64,000 nucleotides of DNA from Alkalispirochaeta sp. Its GTDB lineage: Bacteria > Spirochaetota > Spirochaetia > DSM-27196 > Alkalispirochaetaceae. A program made the translations under genes and the position numbers. Below the pieces are notes generated by a model. It searched no databases. It saw only the letters and a program-made list of their open reading frames with translations, and was not told the origin of the DNA. Positions 44,561-54,376 of this stretch are shown piece after piece. The stretch spans positions 1 to 64,000 of the forward strand of contig CBDESZ010000021.1 of assembly GCA_965242725.1 (NCBI GenBank). The letters are read 5' to 3'. Position 1 is the first letter of the stretch; each line of letters starts with the position of its first letter.

Positions 44561-45094
44561 TCACTTCAGGTGTGCCTTGAAAAGCCCGGGGGTGGCGCGG
44601 ACAACCTCCATGAGATCGGCAACTTCCTCATCCAGGGTGCGGCCGTCGGTACTGACGATGTGGTCCGCCGCCGACCGGTAGACGTGGCCGTGTTCGCGCC
44701 ACATGCGTCTGATATCACCGGCAAGATCGGTATCGGGGTTCACCCTGGGTCGGTCGGCGATACTGACACGCTCGATGAGGGTCTCCTCGCCTGCCTCCAA
44801 CAGCACCACCGGCCCGGTACCGGCTATGGCATCGCGGTTCCACTCATAGCGGATTGTACCGCCGCCGAGGCAGACGATCCGGTCCGTCAGGCGTGCAAAG
44901 TCCTTGCAAATTGAATACTCAAGCTCCCGGAAGGGAATCCATCCCCGTTCCCTGACGAGGCGATGGAAGGAATACCCAAGCCGGCCGTCCATCTCCCGAT
45001 CAAGGTCGACAAATGGCACATCGATCCGCCTGCTCAATTCCTTTCCGACCGTCGTCTTGCCTGACCCGATCATGCCGCATAGATACAGATTCAC
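44561..45094 (-). CDS. Shikimate kinase-like protein
   Basis: Walker A GMIGSGKTT, DLD, GWIPFRELE, LGGG; the canonical C-terminal substrate-binding Arg appears as His (REHGHVY). Confidence 0.8.
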   Translation of the reverse strand: MNLYLCGMIGSGKTTVGKELSRRIDVPFVDLDREMDGRLGYSFHRLVRERGWIPFRELEYSICKDFARLTDRIVCLGGGTIRYEWNRDAIAGTGPVVLLEAGEETLIERVSIADRPRVNPDTDLAGDIRRMWREHGHVYRSAADHIVSTDGRTLDEEVADLMEVVRATPGLFKAHLK

Positions 45095-46593
45095 CGTTGT
45101 ACTCCATATACTTCAGAGATCCACTCCACCCACTCTTCATAGAGTCGTTCATACTCCCTGCGCTGCGTCGAGAGATCATCGGGGGTTTCCGAGTAGAGGA
45201 CATCGCCACCCACACGCCTGCAGCATGCGAGAAGCACCGCGTCCCGCTCCTCCTGATCGGCGGCGAGGCAGGCTGCGGCAAATATCGCCGCGCCGGCGAG
45301 GGAAAGTTCCTGATCCCGCCGCCATCGCAGCGGCCACGGAAGGATCGCGCTGCGCAGCGCGTCGAGGTGAAGCGTCCTGTTCCCCCCGCCGCCAAGGAGT
45401 ACCGTATTGCGACCGCCGGGATAGAGCTGCAGCAGTCCCTCAACAAGAGAGCGGACCCGGAAGATGTTGGCCTCCATAAGGGCCCGAAATATGTGGCTCC
45501 CCCGATGGGCCGAAGTCAGACCGTCCACGCGGCCGCGGCATCGCGCCTTGTTCCAGGGCGCTCGCTCACCGTCAAAACCGGGAGCGACCCGTACACCCTC
45601 GGCTCCTGCAGGCACAGCGTACCACCCCTCGCCGTCGCGCAGGATATCCTGCATCCACATCGCCGCTCCTCCGGAGGATGATGTGGAACCACCGAGAAGG
45701 TCAAAATCGCGATGTACCGCCGCGTTCCGGGAGAGTCCGCGGGCGGGGGCGACGAAATATTCGTCTGACAGGCGGGGAACGGCACGCATGACCACGTCGG
45801 TCGTGCCGAAAAGGGTGACAATCCCGCCGTCGGAGAGAACGCCACCCCCGTACATCGCCGTGGTACCGTCGGTGGCGCCCGTCGTCAGGGGGATACCCGG
45901 TGTCAGTCCGAAACGGTGTGCAAAGCGGGGAGAAAGCGTGCCCGCCGGGGTGTGGGCGGAAAGTGCCGGAGGCAGTAGTGACTCGGGCTCTTCATATCCC
46001 TCCCGTTTCAACAGCTCCACGATCGGTGTAATCACCTCATCGTTCCTGTCGCGAATCAGGGAGTAATCACGGAAACTCCAGTCGGTGTACATCGTTACCG
46101 AGTCCGCGGAGAGCATTGTGCGGATCACATCCTTGAGACAGACGATCCTGACAACCCGCTCCGGAAAGGAGGGATCACTCCGTGCAAGGGCGACCAGCCG
46201 GGGAGCAAGAAGCTCCATACTTACCGGCCGCTCAAGCTCCCACCCACCGTCGTCACAGGCGGCTACACACACTCCCAGTGCCTCCGCACCGGGCTGAAAG
46301 GACCACGTCATGAGGGGCGGTACACATGCTCCCTCCTCATCCAGGGCGATATGGGAGAGAAAGGAGGTAATCCCGATCGCCGAGACTCTCCCGATGGGAG
46401 CTCCCTGGGGAGAGGGCCGTCTCAGAACGCGGGGAATGAGTTTTTCAAGAACGGAGAGGATGGCGGCGGCGTCAAAGACGCCGCCGCCGATCCCCGGGGT
46501 CGGTTCGCTTTCAACCGCCCGGGGCCGAATGGACTCGTCGTACCACCCCACCTTGGTGCGGGTCGTACCGACGTCTATGGCCAGGTACGACAC
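45091..46593 (-). CDS. FGGY family carbohydrate kinase
   Basis: LAIDVGTTRTK, GATDG, FGTT, PGFDGERAPW, RALME; GTG start 5 nt after the upstream stop. Confidence 0.85.
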   Translation of the reverse strand: MSYLAIDVGTTRTKVGWYDESIRPRAVESEPTPGIGGGVFDAAAILSVLEKLIPRVLRRPSPQGAPIGRVSAIGITSFLSHIALDEEGACVPPLMTWSFQPGAEALGVCVAACDDGGWELERPVSMELLAPRLVALARSDPSFPERVVRIVCLKDVIRTMLSADSVTMYTDWSFRDYSLIRDRNDEVITPIVELLKREGYEEPESLLPPALSAHTPAGTLSPRFAHRFGLTPGIPLTTGATDGTTAMYGGGVLSDGGIVTLFGTTDVVMRAVPRLSDEYFVAPARGLSRNAAVHRDFDLLGGSTSSSGGAAMWMQDILRDGEGWYAVPAGAEGVRVAPGFDGERAPWNKARCRGRVDGLTSAHRGSHIFRALMEANIFRVRSLVEGLLQLYPGGRNTVLLGGGGNRTLHLDALRSAILPWPLRWRRDQELSLAGAAIFAAACLAADQEERDAVLLACCRRVGGDVLYSETPDDLSTQRREYERLYEEWVEWISEVYGVQR

Positions 46594-46598
46594 GATCT

Positions 46599-47540
46599 TC
46601 AGGGGGCGGTTGCGGACGCCTTGACCGCCTGGACGATCAGTTTCCCCGATTCCGGATACATCCACGTGGGAAAACTGCAGCCTGGAGCGAGGAAGAACTT
46701 CGTCGGGCCGCCCGCGGCAATCCCGTCCAGGGCGTTCTGCCGCGCCCGTTCGGGGGTGACCCGGGTTACCAGATTCTTGTCCATGCCCGCCATGATGCTG
46801 CCTGACCACTTCTTGCGCAGTTCAGGAATCGTCGGATTGCGGGGGTCCGTATCTTCATAGGAAATGATCTGTGCGGGCACCTTCACCATTTCGTCCACCC
46901 ATATTCCATAATCGTGGAGGTGGATTGTATTCATGATCCCCTTGCCCTTGAGCTCCTCAAAGAGGCGCTTCACAAAGGGATAGGCGAATCGCATGTACAC
47001 ATCCTTGGGAAGCTGCTTTTCCGCGGAAAAGGTGGAGACAAAGACACCGGCACCACCCCGTTTGATCACCTCCTTGCAGTAGGCGACGGTGTTGTCGGTA
47101 ATGACCTCCAGCGCCTCCAGAATCGCCTCAGGTTCCGTCTCGACCAGCGTCATGAGATGCTCCCCGACGAGGTTGCGCAGCAGAATCTGCCACGGGTCAA
47201 AGACGGTGTCTATGAAATAGACCTCGTCCTTGAGTTCCCTGGCGAGGATGTCCATCGCCTTCAGCTGCTCATTCCACGGGCTCTCTTCGATTCTGAAGGG
47301 CTTGATCGCCTTGAGATCGTCCCGCGTCTTGAGTTCAGTCATTCCCTCAGGCATGGGATAGTAATAGTCGTTCATCACCTTCAGGTAGTCGAGATCGTAG
47401 TAGCGCAGGAACGCAAGCTCAAGCTCGGCGATGCGCTCCCCCGATTCATGCTGGGTTCCGAAGTGGTACCAGAACGATACGGGCGGCCGGTCAAAGGGCT
47501 TCCCCGCCAGGCTCGCTTCCACCCGTTCTTTTTTTGTCAT
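46599..47540 (-). CDS. URO-D/methyltransferase-2 fold protein (not HemE), putative Zn-binding
   Basis: KKERVEA..GK.FDRPPVSFWYHF start, IHLHD, LAPGCS; lacks the HemE MRQAGR signature; SD AAGGAG. Confidence 0.8.
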   Translation of the reverse strand: MTKKERVEASLAGKPFDRPPVSFWYHFGTQHESGERIAELELAFLRYYDLDYLKVMNDYYYPMPEGMTELKTRDDLKAIKPFRIEESPWNEQLKAMDILARELKDEVYFIDTVFDPWQILLRNLVGEHLMTLVETEPEAILEALEVITDNTVAYCKEVIKRGGAGVFVSTFSAEKQLPKDVYMRFAYPFVKRLFEELKGKGIMNTIHLHDYGIWVDEMVKVPAQIISYEDTDPRNPTIPELRKKWSGSIMAGMDKNLVTRVTPERARQNALDGIAAGGPTKFFLAPGCSFPTWMYPESGKLIVQAVKASATAP

Positions 47541-47586
47541 TTCTTTCTCCTTTCGTCTCATGTAATACGAAACTATCGCGCTCCGG

Positions 47587-48300
47587 TCACGTGACGCCGA
47601 GGTAGGCGTTCCGCACCGCCGGATTGGTCATGAGGGACGACGCCTCGTCGGCAAGTGTTATTGTCCCCGTTTCCAGAACATATCCGAATGACGCGGTGTG
47701 CAGCGCCATGTTGGCGTTCTGCTCCACAAGCAATACCGACACGCCAAGTCTGTTGATTTCCGATATGAACTCAAAGACCGTCTCCACAAGAATCGGCGCC
47801 AGCCCCAGACTCGGCTCGTCAAGGAGGAGGAGCGTCGGATCCGACATCAATCCCCGGGCGATTGCAAGCATCTGCTGTTCTCCCCCCGAGAGGGACCCGC
47901 CTTCCTGACCGCGGCGCTCCGCGAGGCGGGGAAAGAGCTCATAGTTGCGGTCTATGAGTTCCCGTATCCGTGTCTTCTCCTTCTGGATGTATCCGCCGAC
48001 CTCCAGATTTTCCTCAACGGTGAGTTCACTGAAGATCTTGCGTCCCTCCGGGACGTGGGCAATCCCCATGCGGGTTATCACGTGAGGCTGCTCGTTGAGT
48101 ATTTCCTCTCCCCGAAACCGGATGCTCCCGCCGCTTCCGGGGACGGCGCCGGAAATCGTATTGAGGAGCGTCGTCTTGCCCGCACCGTTTGCGCCGATAA
48201 GTGTTACCAGCTGCCCTTCCTCAACGGTGACGGAGACGCCCTTGAGGGCGTTTATTGCGCCGTAGTGGACCTGAACGTCCCTGACCTCCAACAGGCTCAT
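47587..48300 (-). CDS. livF: HAAT/branched-chain amino acid ABC ATP-binding protein
   Basis: GANGAGKTT, HVPEGRKIF, LSGGEQQMLA, LDEPSLGLAP. Confidence 0.93.
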   Translation of the reverse strand: MSLLEVRDVQVHYGAINALKGVSVTVEEGQLVTLIGANGAGKTTLLNTISGAVPGSGGSIRFRGEEILNEQPHVITRMGIAHVPEGRKIFSELTVEENLEVGGYIQKEKTRIRELIDRNYELFPRLAERRGQEGGSLSGGEQQMLAIARGLMSDPTLLLLDEPSLGLAPILVETVFEFISEINRLGVSVLLVEQNANMALHTASFGYVLETGTITLADEASSLMTNPAVRNAYLGVT

Positions 48301-49064
48301 GCGCCCTCCTTCTGTTTGCCCAGATATGCCTCGATGACCTTGGGATCGTTCTGCACCTCCCTGGCCACGCCCTCGCTTATCTTCACGCCGTGATCGATCA
48401 CCGTGATGCGATCGGCGATGCTCATGACCAGCTTCATGTCGTGTTCGATAAGGAGGATTGTGAAACCCTCCCCGGCAAGGGAGCGGATGATCTCATCCAA
48501 CCCTGCCGTTTCCCGGGCATTCATTCCCGCCGCGGGCTCATCAAGGAGGAGCAGCCGGGGTTGCGTCGCCAGTGCCCTGGCTATTTCAAGTTTTCGCTGC
48601 TCCCCATAGGGAAGATTGCGGGCAAGGGTGTCGTGTTTTTCGACCAGTCCCACTTTCTCCAGCAGCGCCATGGCGGACTCGCCGACAGCCTTCTCTTCCC
48701 GCTTGTACCGGGGGGTACGCATGATCGCGTCAAAGAGGTGGTAGCGGTTCCGGGTATGGGTCCCCACCTTCACGTTTTCAAGTACCGAGAGATAGGGAAA
48801 GAGGCGGATGTTCTGAAATGTCCGGGCGACGCCGATCTCGGCGATGGCATGGCTGGACAATCCGTCAATGCGTCGATCAAGGAACGTTATTGAGCCGGCG
48901 TCGGCGGGAACGATCGCGGTGAGGGCGTTAAAGAAGGTCGTCTTGCCCGCACCGTTGGGACCGATGATGGCGTGGATCGATCCCTTTTTCACTTCCAGAT
49001 CAACGTCGTTGACCGCCACCAGACCTCCAAAGGCCTTGCGGAGTTTTTCAACTTTCAGAATCAT
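48297..49064 (-). CDS. livG: HAAT ABC ATP-binding protein
   Basis: GPNGAGKTT, ARTFQNIRLF, LPYGEQRKLE, LDEPAAGMN, VIEAYLG. Confidence 0.93.
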   Translation of the reverse strand: MILKVEKLRKAFGGLVAVNDVDLEVKKGSIHAIIGPNGAGKTTFFNALTAIVPADAGSITFLDRRIDGLSSHAIAEIGVARTFQNIRLFPYLSVLENVKVGTHTRNRYHLFDAIMRTPRYKREEKAVGESAMALLEKVGLVEKHDTLARNLPYGEQRKLEIARALATQPRLLLLDEPAAGMNARETAGLDEIIRSLAGEGFTILLIEHDMKLVMSIADRITVIDHGVKISEGVAREVQNDPKVIEAYLGKQKEGA

Positions 49065-50107
49065 CGCCCACCTCCATTTCCGGAGCCAGACGGCGACAGG
49101 GCGCGCAATTTCCGCCTTGGCGGCCGTTTGGGGAGTTTCGGTTTCTCAAAAATACCCTTCACATTGGCAAGACCGCCGGGACGGTAGACGATGACGACGA
49201 TGAGGGTGAGCCCGTAAATGACGCCCCTGAAGCGCATGAGAACACGGAACACCTCGGGAATCACCACCAGGATCGTCGAGCCGAGGACGGGACCGATGAT
49301 CGAGCCGGTACCGCCGAGGGCGAGCATCGTGATGATTGAAAAGGACTCAAGGTTGGCAAAGGAGTCTGCGCTGATATAGCGCTGAAAATGGGCAAAGAAA
49401 CTGCCGGCGATCCCGGCAAAGAAGCACCCCACCGTAAAGGCAAGAACCTTGTAGCCGAACACGTTGACGCCCATGCTGTGCGCCGCAGTCTCATCCTCAC
49501 GGATCGCGATCAATGCACGTCCAACCCGGGAGTGGTACATCCGGTACATCGTCGCGACGGTGATCACCGAAAGGACAAGGACGAGGTAGTAGTATCCCCG
49601 ACCGTCAAAAGTCCATCCAAAGAGTTTCGGAACGGGAATTCCCGATATGCCCATGGGACCACGGGTGAAGGAACGCCAGTTGAGTATGACGATACGGGTG
49701 ATTTCACCGAATCCGAGGGTGGTGAAGGCGAGAAAGACGCGCCGCAGCCTGAGCGTGGCAAGCCCGATGAGGGTGCCGAAGAGCCCCGCGACGATTCCCG
49801 CCATCGGCAGGGCAATCCAGAAGTTCCAGCCGGCCATGACGGTAAGCATCGCCGACGTATACGCTCCGATGCCGTAAAAGGCGGCGTGACCGAGGGAAAA
49901 CATGCCGGTAAATCCGATGATGACGTTAAGGCCCGAGACGAGGAGGACGTAAATCCCTACCAGCGTCGCGATGCGCAAATGATATCCGCTGGTCAGAAGC
50001 CAGGGAAGCGCGACAAGAAAGAGCGCCGCCACACCGGCGAGCACGTATTTGTACCGTCCTGCCAATGCGGTGGTGCGTTCTCGTATTGAAGAAAAAGTAG
50101 ATGCCAT
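49061..50107 (-). CDS. livM: HAAT ABC permease
   Basis: SLGHAAFYGIGAY, TLGFGE, GRALIAIREDE. Confidence 0.92.
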   Translation of the reverse strand: MASTFSSIRERTTALAGRYKYVLAGVAALFLVALPWLLTSGYHLRIATLVGIYVLLVSGLNVIIGFTGMFSLGHAAFYGIGAYTSAMLTVMAGWNFWIALPMAGIVAGLFGTLIGLATLRLRRVFLAFTTLGFGEITRIVILNWRSFTRGPMGISGIPVPKLFGWTFDGRGYYYLVLVLSVITVATMYRMYHSRVGRALIAIREDETAAHSMGVNVFGYKVLAFTVGCFFAGIAGSFFAHFQRYISADSFANLESFSIITMLALGGTGSIIGPVLGSTILVVIPEVFRVLMRFRGVIYGLTLIVVIVYRPGGLANVKGIFEKPKLPKRPPRRKLRALSPSGSGNGGGR

Positions 50108-50117
50108 TGGGTACCCC

Positions 50118-50981
50118 TCAATCCGACTTTTTGCCCAACAGCCCCTGGGGCCGCAGAAGCAGGAAGATCACCAGAATGGAGAAACCGATGATGTCCCGAT
50201 ATCCCGACGAAATGATCTGAACGGCAAAGTTTTCGATGATGCCAAGGAGATACCCGCCGAGAATGGCGCCGGGTATCGACGTGAGACCGCCAAAGACCGC
50301 CGCGGCAAATGATTTGAGTCCCGCCATGTTTCCCATGAAGGGAAAGAGTGCGTTGTAGTATGACGCCGCCAGGACTCCGGCAATCCCCGCCACCGCTCCG
50401 GCGATGGAAAAGGTGAGAGAAATGACGCGGTCCGTGGGGATGCCCATGAGACTCGCCGTCTTGAAATCCAGAGAGACCGCCCTGATGGCGAGTCCCAGTT
50501 TGGTGCGGTAAATGAGAACCTGCAGCAGGATCAGAACGACCGCCGCCACGATGATCAGAATGATCTGCAACCAGCTCACCGGTATGCCCTGAACGGAAAA
50601 GGCAGTCTCCGTATAGAAGGCGGGCATCGATTTCCGCTCCGCCCCAAAGAGGACGGACATCGATTCATTGAGAAACATTGAAAAACCGATTGTACAGATG
50701 AGCGATGCGATACGTGCAACGCCGCGGAGGGCGCGAAAGGCAAACCGTTCCAGGACAAACCCGACGCCGAAACCGGCGGCACCGCCGGCAATAATCGCCA
50801 GAAAGAGGTTGGGTGTAACGTAGTTGATGATCATCCACCCGAAATAGGCGCCGACCATATAGATCGATCCGGTGGCGAAGTTGAGCAGTCGCAGCGTGCC
50901 GTAGACTATTCCGAAAGAGATCGCCAGGAGGGCAAAGAGACTACCCTGTGTGATCCCGTTTATAAGTTGCTGAATAAACAC
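50118..50981 (-). CDS. livH: HAAT ABC permease
   Basis: QQLINGITQG, LNFATG, TKLGLAIRAV, LKSFAAAVFGG, RPQGLLG. Confidence 0.92.
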   Translation of the reverse strand: MFIQQLINGITQGSLFALLAISFGIVYGTLRLLNFATGSIYMVGAYFGWMIINYVTPNLFLAIIAGGAAGFGVGFVLERFAFRALRGVARIASLICTIGFSMFLNESMSVLFGAERKSMPAFYTETAFSVQGIPVSWLQIILIIVAAVVLILLQVLIYRTKLGLAIRAVSLDFKTASLMGIPTDRVISLTFSIAGAVAGIAGVLAASYYNALFPFMGNMAGLKSFAAAVFGGLTSIPGAILGGYLLGIIENFAVQIISSGYRDIIGFSILVIFLLLRPQGLLGKKSD

Positions 50982-51019
50982 AGACGCCCTCCATCCTTTT
51001 AAAAAAATGACGCATCTAC

Positions 51020-51051
51020 AGAACGTCCGCCCTCGATGGGGCGGACGTTCT
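51020..51051 (-). other. Intercistronic stem-loop after the binding-protein gene (mRNA stabiliser or partial terminator)
   Basis: AGAACGTCCGCCC-tcgatg-GGGCGGACGTTCT, perfect 13-bp stem. Confidence 0.7.
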
Positions 51052-51072
51052 CAATGAGTAACTCTGTGCAGC

Positions 51073-52206
51073 CTACTCGTCGTACAGGACAAACTCGCCG
51101 TCCCGGATCGTCAGCATCCGGTATCCCTTCACCGCGTCACCTTTGGGTGTAAAGGTGATACTTCCGGTAAGTCCGGGGAAGTTTTCCGTTGCGGCCAGGG
51201 CGTCACGGATCGCCTCGCTCTCGGTGGTTCCAGCGCGCTCTATGGCGTCCGCCAGAAGCATCATCGCGTCGTAGGCGAGAGCGGCGTGGAAGTTGGGTTT
51301 TGCGCCGTAGGCTTCCTCAAAGGCTTCCACGTATCGGCGGACCTGCGGATCCGTATCGGGAGTGAAGAAACCGGTACCGGTGTAGAGGCCTTCAACGGCT
51401 TCACCGCCCAGTTCTATCAACTGGGGAGAGTAGAGCGACGTGGGACCGATAACGGGTACATCCCATCCCAGGCGCGCCTTCTGGATGTTGATTGCCGCGC
51501 CGTCGTTGTAAAAGGAAGCGATAAAGAGCCCATCCGCCCCGGAGTCCCTGAGGGACGTCAGGACCGCCGTAAAGTCACTTTCGCCGTCAAAGTAGAATTC
51601 CGTGGCGGTGACATTGCCGCCCAGATCTTCAAAGGCCTCTGAAAAATAGCGTGCCGTATCGATTCCCCAGTCATTGTTGAGATGGAGAATTGCGATGTTG
51701 CGAATACCGATCTCGTTGTAGGCGTAGTTCGCGTTAAAGGGACCTTCCCCCGCCTGGGTTCCAACGATACCGAAACTCCAGGGAGAGCCGCCTGCATATT
51801 CAGTGTGGCTCGCCGTGGGAGAAAGCTGCACCATTCCCGCGGCGTCATAAATCGGCTGTGCCGCCATGGAGGGACCAGACGCAAAGGGTCCGATCTGGGC
51901 AACTACCGTGGGATCACTTGTCCATTGCTGGGCAAGCGTCGCCGCCTGCTGGGGATTTCCCTGGGTATCACCCACGGAAAGGCGAACGGGGCGGCCCAGA
52001 ATTCCGCCTTCCGCATTGAGCTCGGCGATGGCAAGTTCCAGTGAACGCTGAAAGTTGACACCAAATTCCGACCAGTCACCGGTGATCGGTGCGGAAAGGG
52101 CGATGTGGATGGAATCATCACCTTCCTGTTGACCGCCGGAAAATACCGGCGCTGCAAAAACCAGCACCATCAGTACGACACATAGCGTACGCAGACCGTC
52201 TCGCAT
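51073..52206 (-). CDS. HAAT (LivJ/K-like) substrate-binding protein
   Basis: APITG, GGILGRPV, SPTAS, ALAYDA, FPGLTGSITF; signal ending VFSGGQQE; SD AAGGAGG. Confidence 0.9.
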   Translation of the reverse strand: MRDGLRTLCVVLMVLVFAAPVFSGGQQEGDDSIHIALSAPITGDWSEFGVNFQRSLELAIAELNAEGGILGRPVRLSVGDTQGNPQQAATLAQQWTSDPTVVAQIGPFASGPSMAAQPIYDAAGMVQLSPTASHTEYAGGSPWSFGIVGTQAGEGPFNANYAYNEIGIRNIAILHLNNDWGIDTARYFSEAFEDLGGNVTATEFYFDGESDFTAVLTSLRDSGADGLFIASFYNDGAAINIQKARLGWDVPVIGPTSLYSPQLIELGGEAVEGLYTGTGFFTPDTDPQVRRYVEAFEEAYGAKPNFHAALAYDAMMLLADAIERAGTTESEAIRDALAATENFPGLTGSITFTPKGDAVKGYRMLTIRDGEFVLYDE

Positions 52207-52364
52207 ACATTCCTCCTTGCGATAAGACTCAAAATACATGTTTCTACAGTAATTGTTATATGTCAATTGCAATAATGAAAAAATTTTTATTTTCGACAAC
52301 TTTATTTGAATATTTGTTGACTTATTTTACAACCACCGGTTACGCTGAATGAAAGAGGGCGGAT
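52207..52364. promoter_or_regulatory. AT-rich divergent control region with an imperfect inverted repeat TCGACAAC-N12-TTTGTTGA overlapping a TTGACT -35
   Basis: IR at 52293-52320; TTGACT(52317)-N18-TACGCT for the plus-strand operon. Confidence 0.45.
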
Positions 52365-53639
52365 GTGACGAAGAATACCATGTACTGTCTCGACGATATC
52401 ATAGACCGGCGCAACACAAATTGCATTAAATGGGACGGCGTTGTCGACGCCGTCGGTACGGAAGCCTCCGACATTCTCCCCATGTGGGTCGCCGACATGG
52501 ATTTTCAGGCACCGCCGGTGGTGATCGACCGCCTGCACGCCGCCGTGACGCACGGAATCTTCGGGTATACCGCCCTGCCCGGCCACGTGTGGGACGCCGT
52601 TGCGTCGTGGACAATGCGTCGCTACCGGTGGCCCGTCAAAGTGGAGTGGATGTCCTATACCGCCGGCGTCATTACCGGTCTCAACGTTGCGATTCAGACA
52701 TTTACCCGCCCCGGAGAAAAGATCATCGTCCAGCCCCCTGTCTACCCGCCCTTTCACAGCAGCGTCCTGTCCAACGGCCGACAGCTCCGGTACAACCACC
52801 TCGTCCAGGACGAAAAGGGGGAGTATCACCTCGACGTGGAACAGCTCAAGTCGATTATCGACTCGGAAACGAGGATGCTCGTCATATGCAATCCTCACAA
52901 CCCCGTCGGTCGCGCCTGGTCCAAAGAGGAGCTTGAAGAACTTGCAGCGGTCGTTCTGGAGCACGACCTCCTCGTCTTTTCCGATGAAATACACGCGGAT
53001 CTGCTCCTCCGCGGGGGCAGACATGTGCCCTTTGCCTCCCTCTCACCCGAGATCGCCGCCCGTACCATCACCGGAATCGCACCGAGCAAGACCTTCAATA
53101 TCGCCGGACTCAAGGCGTCGGTCATTATCACATCCAACGAGCGGATGAAGCGCGCCTTTGACGCGGCCCAGGCAAAGACCTTCGGCCTCTACGATGCAAA
53201 CACCTTTGCCATAGCCGGTATGGACGCCGCCTATTCAGAGGGAGAGCCGTGGCTGGAGACGGTGCTCCAATACCTCCGGGACAACAGGGACGCCGCCATG
53301 ACCTTTTTTGCCGGGGAGCTGCCGCAGCTGCGCGTCGCGTCCCCGGAAGCGACCTTTCTCTTCTGGCTCGACTTTTCCCGCATCGGGCGCAGCCACGACG
53401 AGGTGGCACGAATCCTGAAGGATGATGCCCGGGTGATTCTCAACGACGGTCGATCTTTCGGACCCGGCGGGGAGCATCACTTCCGACTCAACTTCGGGTG
53501 TCCCCGGTCGGTTCTCATTGAGGGAGTGAAGCGCATCGCCCGCGCCTTTGCCGCGGCACCGGCTCTGCGGGAGGAATCCGCCGCCCCGGGGCGCGCGACC
53601 GGCGCGGCGAAGACGGCGGCACAGGAGGTACTGCCGTGA
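52365..53639 (+). CDS. MalY/PatB family PLP-dependent C-S (cystathionine beta-) lyase
   Basis: LPMWVADMDF, HGIFGY, CNPHNPVGR, SDEIHAD, APSKTFNIAG, RLNFGCPR. Confidence 0.92.
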   Translation: MTKNTMYCLDDIIDRRNTNCIKWDGVVDAVGTEASDILPMWVADMDFQAPPVVIDRLHAAVTHGIFGYTALPGHVWDAVASWTMRRYRWPVKVEWMSYTAGVITGLNVAIQTFTRPGEKIIVQPPVYPPFHSSVLSNGRQLRYNHLVQDEKGEYHLDVEQLKSIIDSETRMLVICNPHNPVGRAWSKEELEELAAVVLEHDLLVFSDEIHADLLLRGGRHVPFASLSPEIAARTITGIAPSKTFNIAGLKASVIITSNERMKRAFDAAQAKTFGLYDANTFAIAGMDAAYSEGEPWLETVLQYLRDNRDAAMTFFAGELPQLRVASPEATFLFWLDFSRIGRSHDEVARILKDDARVILNDGRSFGPGGEHHFRLNFGCPRSVLIEGVKRIARAFAAAPALREESAAPGRATGAAKTAAQEVLP

Positions 53640-54376
53640 AGACAGACGCATTGGATTCCTGGACCGGCCGTACAACCAAGGAAGCCCACTTCACCGACGA
53701 GGACCGACGTATTCTCACATCAATGGCGCCCATTGTACGGGGCTTTGCCGAGTTCCTCGGGCCCCATTGCGAGGTTCTCCTCCACTCCCTTGAAGACCTC
53801 GCGGAATCGGTTATACAGATCGAAAACGGCCACGTCACCGGTCGTTCCGTGGGGTCGCCGGTGACAGACCTTGCGTTGAAGATCCTCAGGTCCACGGAAA
53901 AGGGCTCTCCCGAAGGGGTGGATCGGGATTTCAGGATATACAGAAGTTCCACCGCCGACGGACGCCCCCTGCGAAGCGTCACCGTCGTAGTCAGGAACGG
54001 TCAAAAACCGATCGGAATGCTCTGTGTCAACTTCGATCTTTCCATTCCGGTCCATGAAATGGTGCAGTTGATAGCCACCACCGCAGGAACCGCCCTTGAC
54101 GGCGACCGGGAAGAGTCGCCGGAACACTACATGATGAGCGCCGAGGATCTGGTCACCCGGTCGCTTGACCTGGCGATACAGAAGGCGACGGCCCAGCGCG
54201 GCGTATCACCCCAGACAAAGAACCGCACGATCGTCGCGGAGCTTCACTCCCAGGGCATCTTTGACGTGAAAGGGGCCGTCGAGATGGTGAGCAATGAACT
54301 TGGCGTCTCCCGCTTTACCGTATACAACTACCTACGAGACTTACGTAACGATGGAGAAACACATGAAAACGAATAA
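53636..54376 (+). CDS. YheO/DauR-like PAS + HTH transcriptional regulator
   Basis: GPHCEVLLHSL, NGHVTGR.VG.P.TD, GIFDVKGAV...LGVSRFTVYNYL. Confidence 0.9.
   Translation: MKTDALDSWTGRTTKEAHFTDEDRRILTSMAPIVRGFAEFLGPHCEVLLHSLEDLAESVIQIENGHVTGRSVGSPVTDLALKILRSTEKGSPEGVDRDFRIYRSSTADGRPLRSVTVVVRNGQKPIGMLCVNFDLSIPVHEMVQLIATTAGTALDGDREESPEHYMMSAEDLVTRSLDLAIQKATAQRGVSPQTKNRTIVAELHSQGIFDVKGAVEMVSNELGVSRFTVYNYLRDLRNDGETHENE

Noticed and set aside
46599..47540. Annotation as hemE (uroporphyrinogen decarboxylase)
   Set aside because: Lacks the MRQAGR signature and has no tetrapyrrole gene context.
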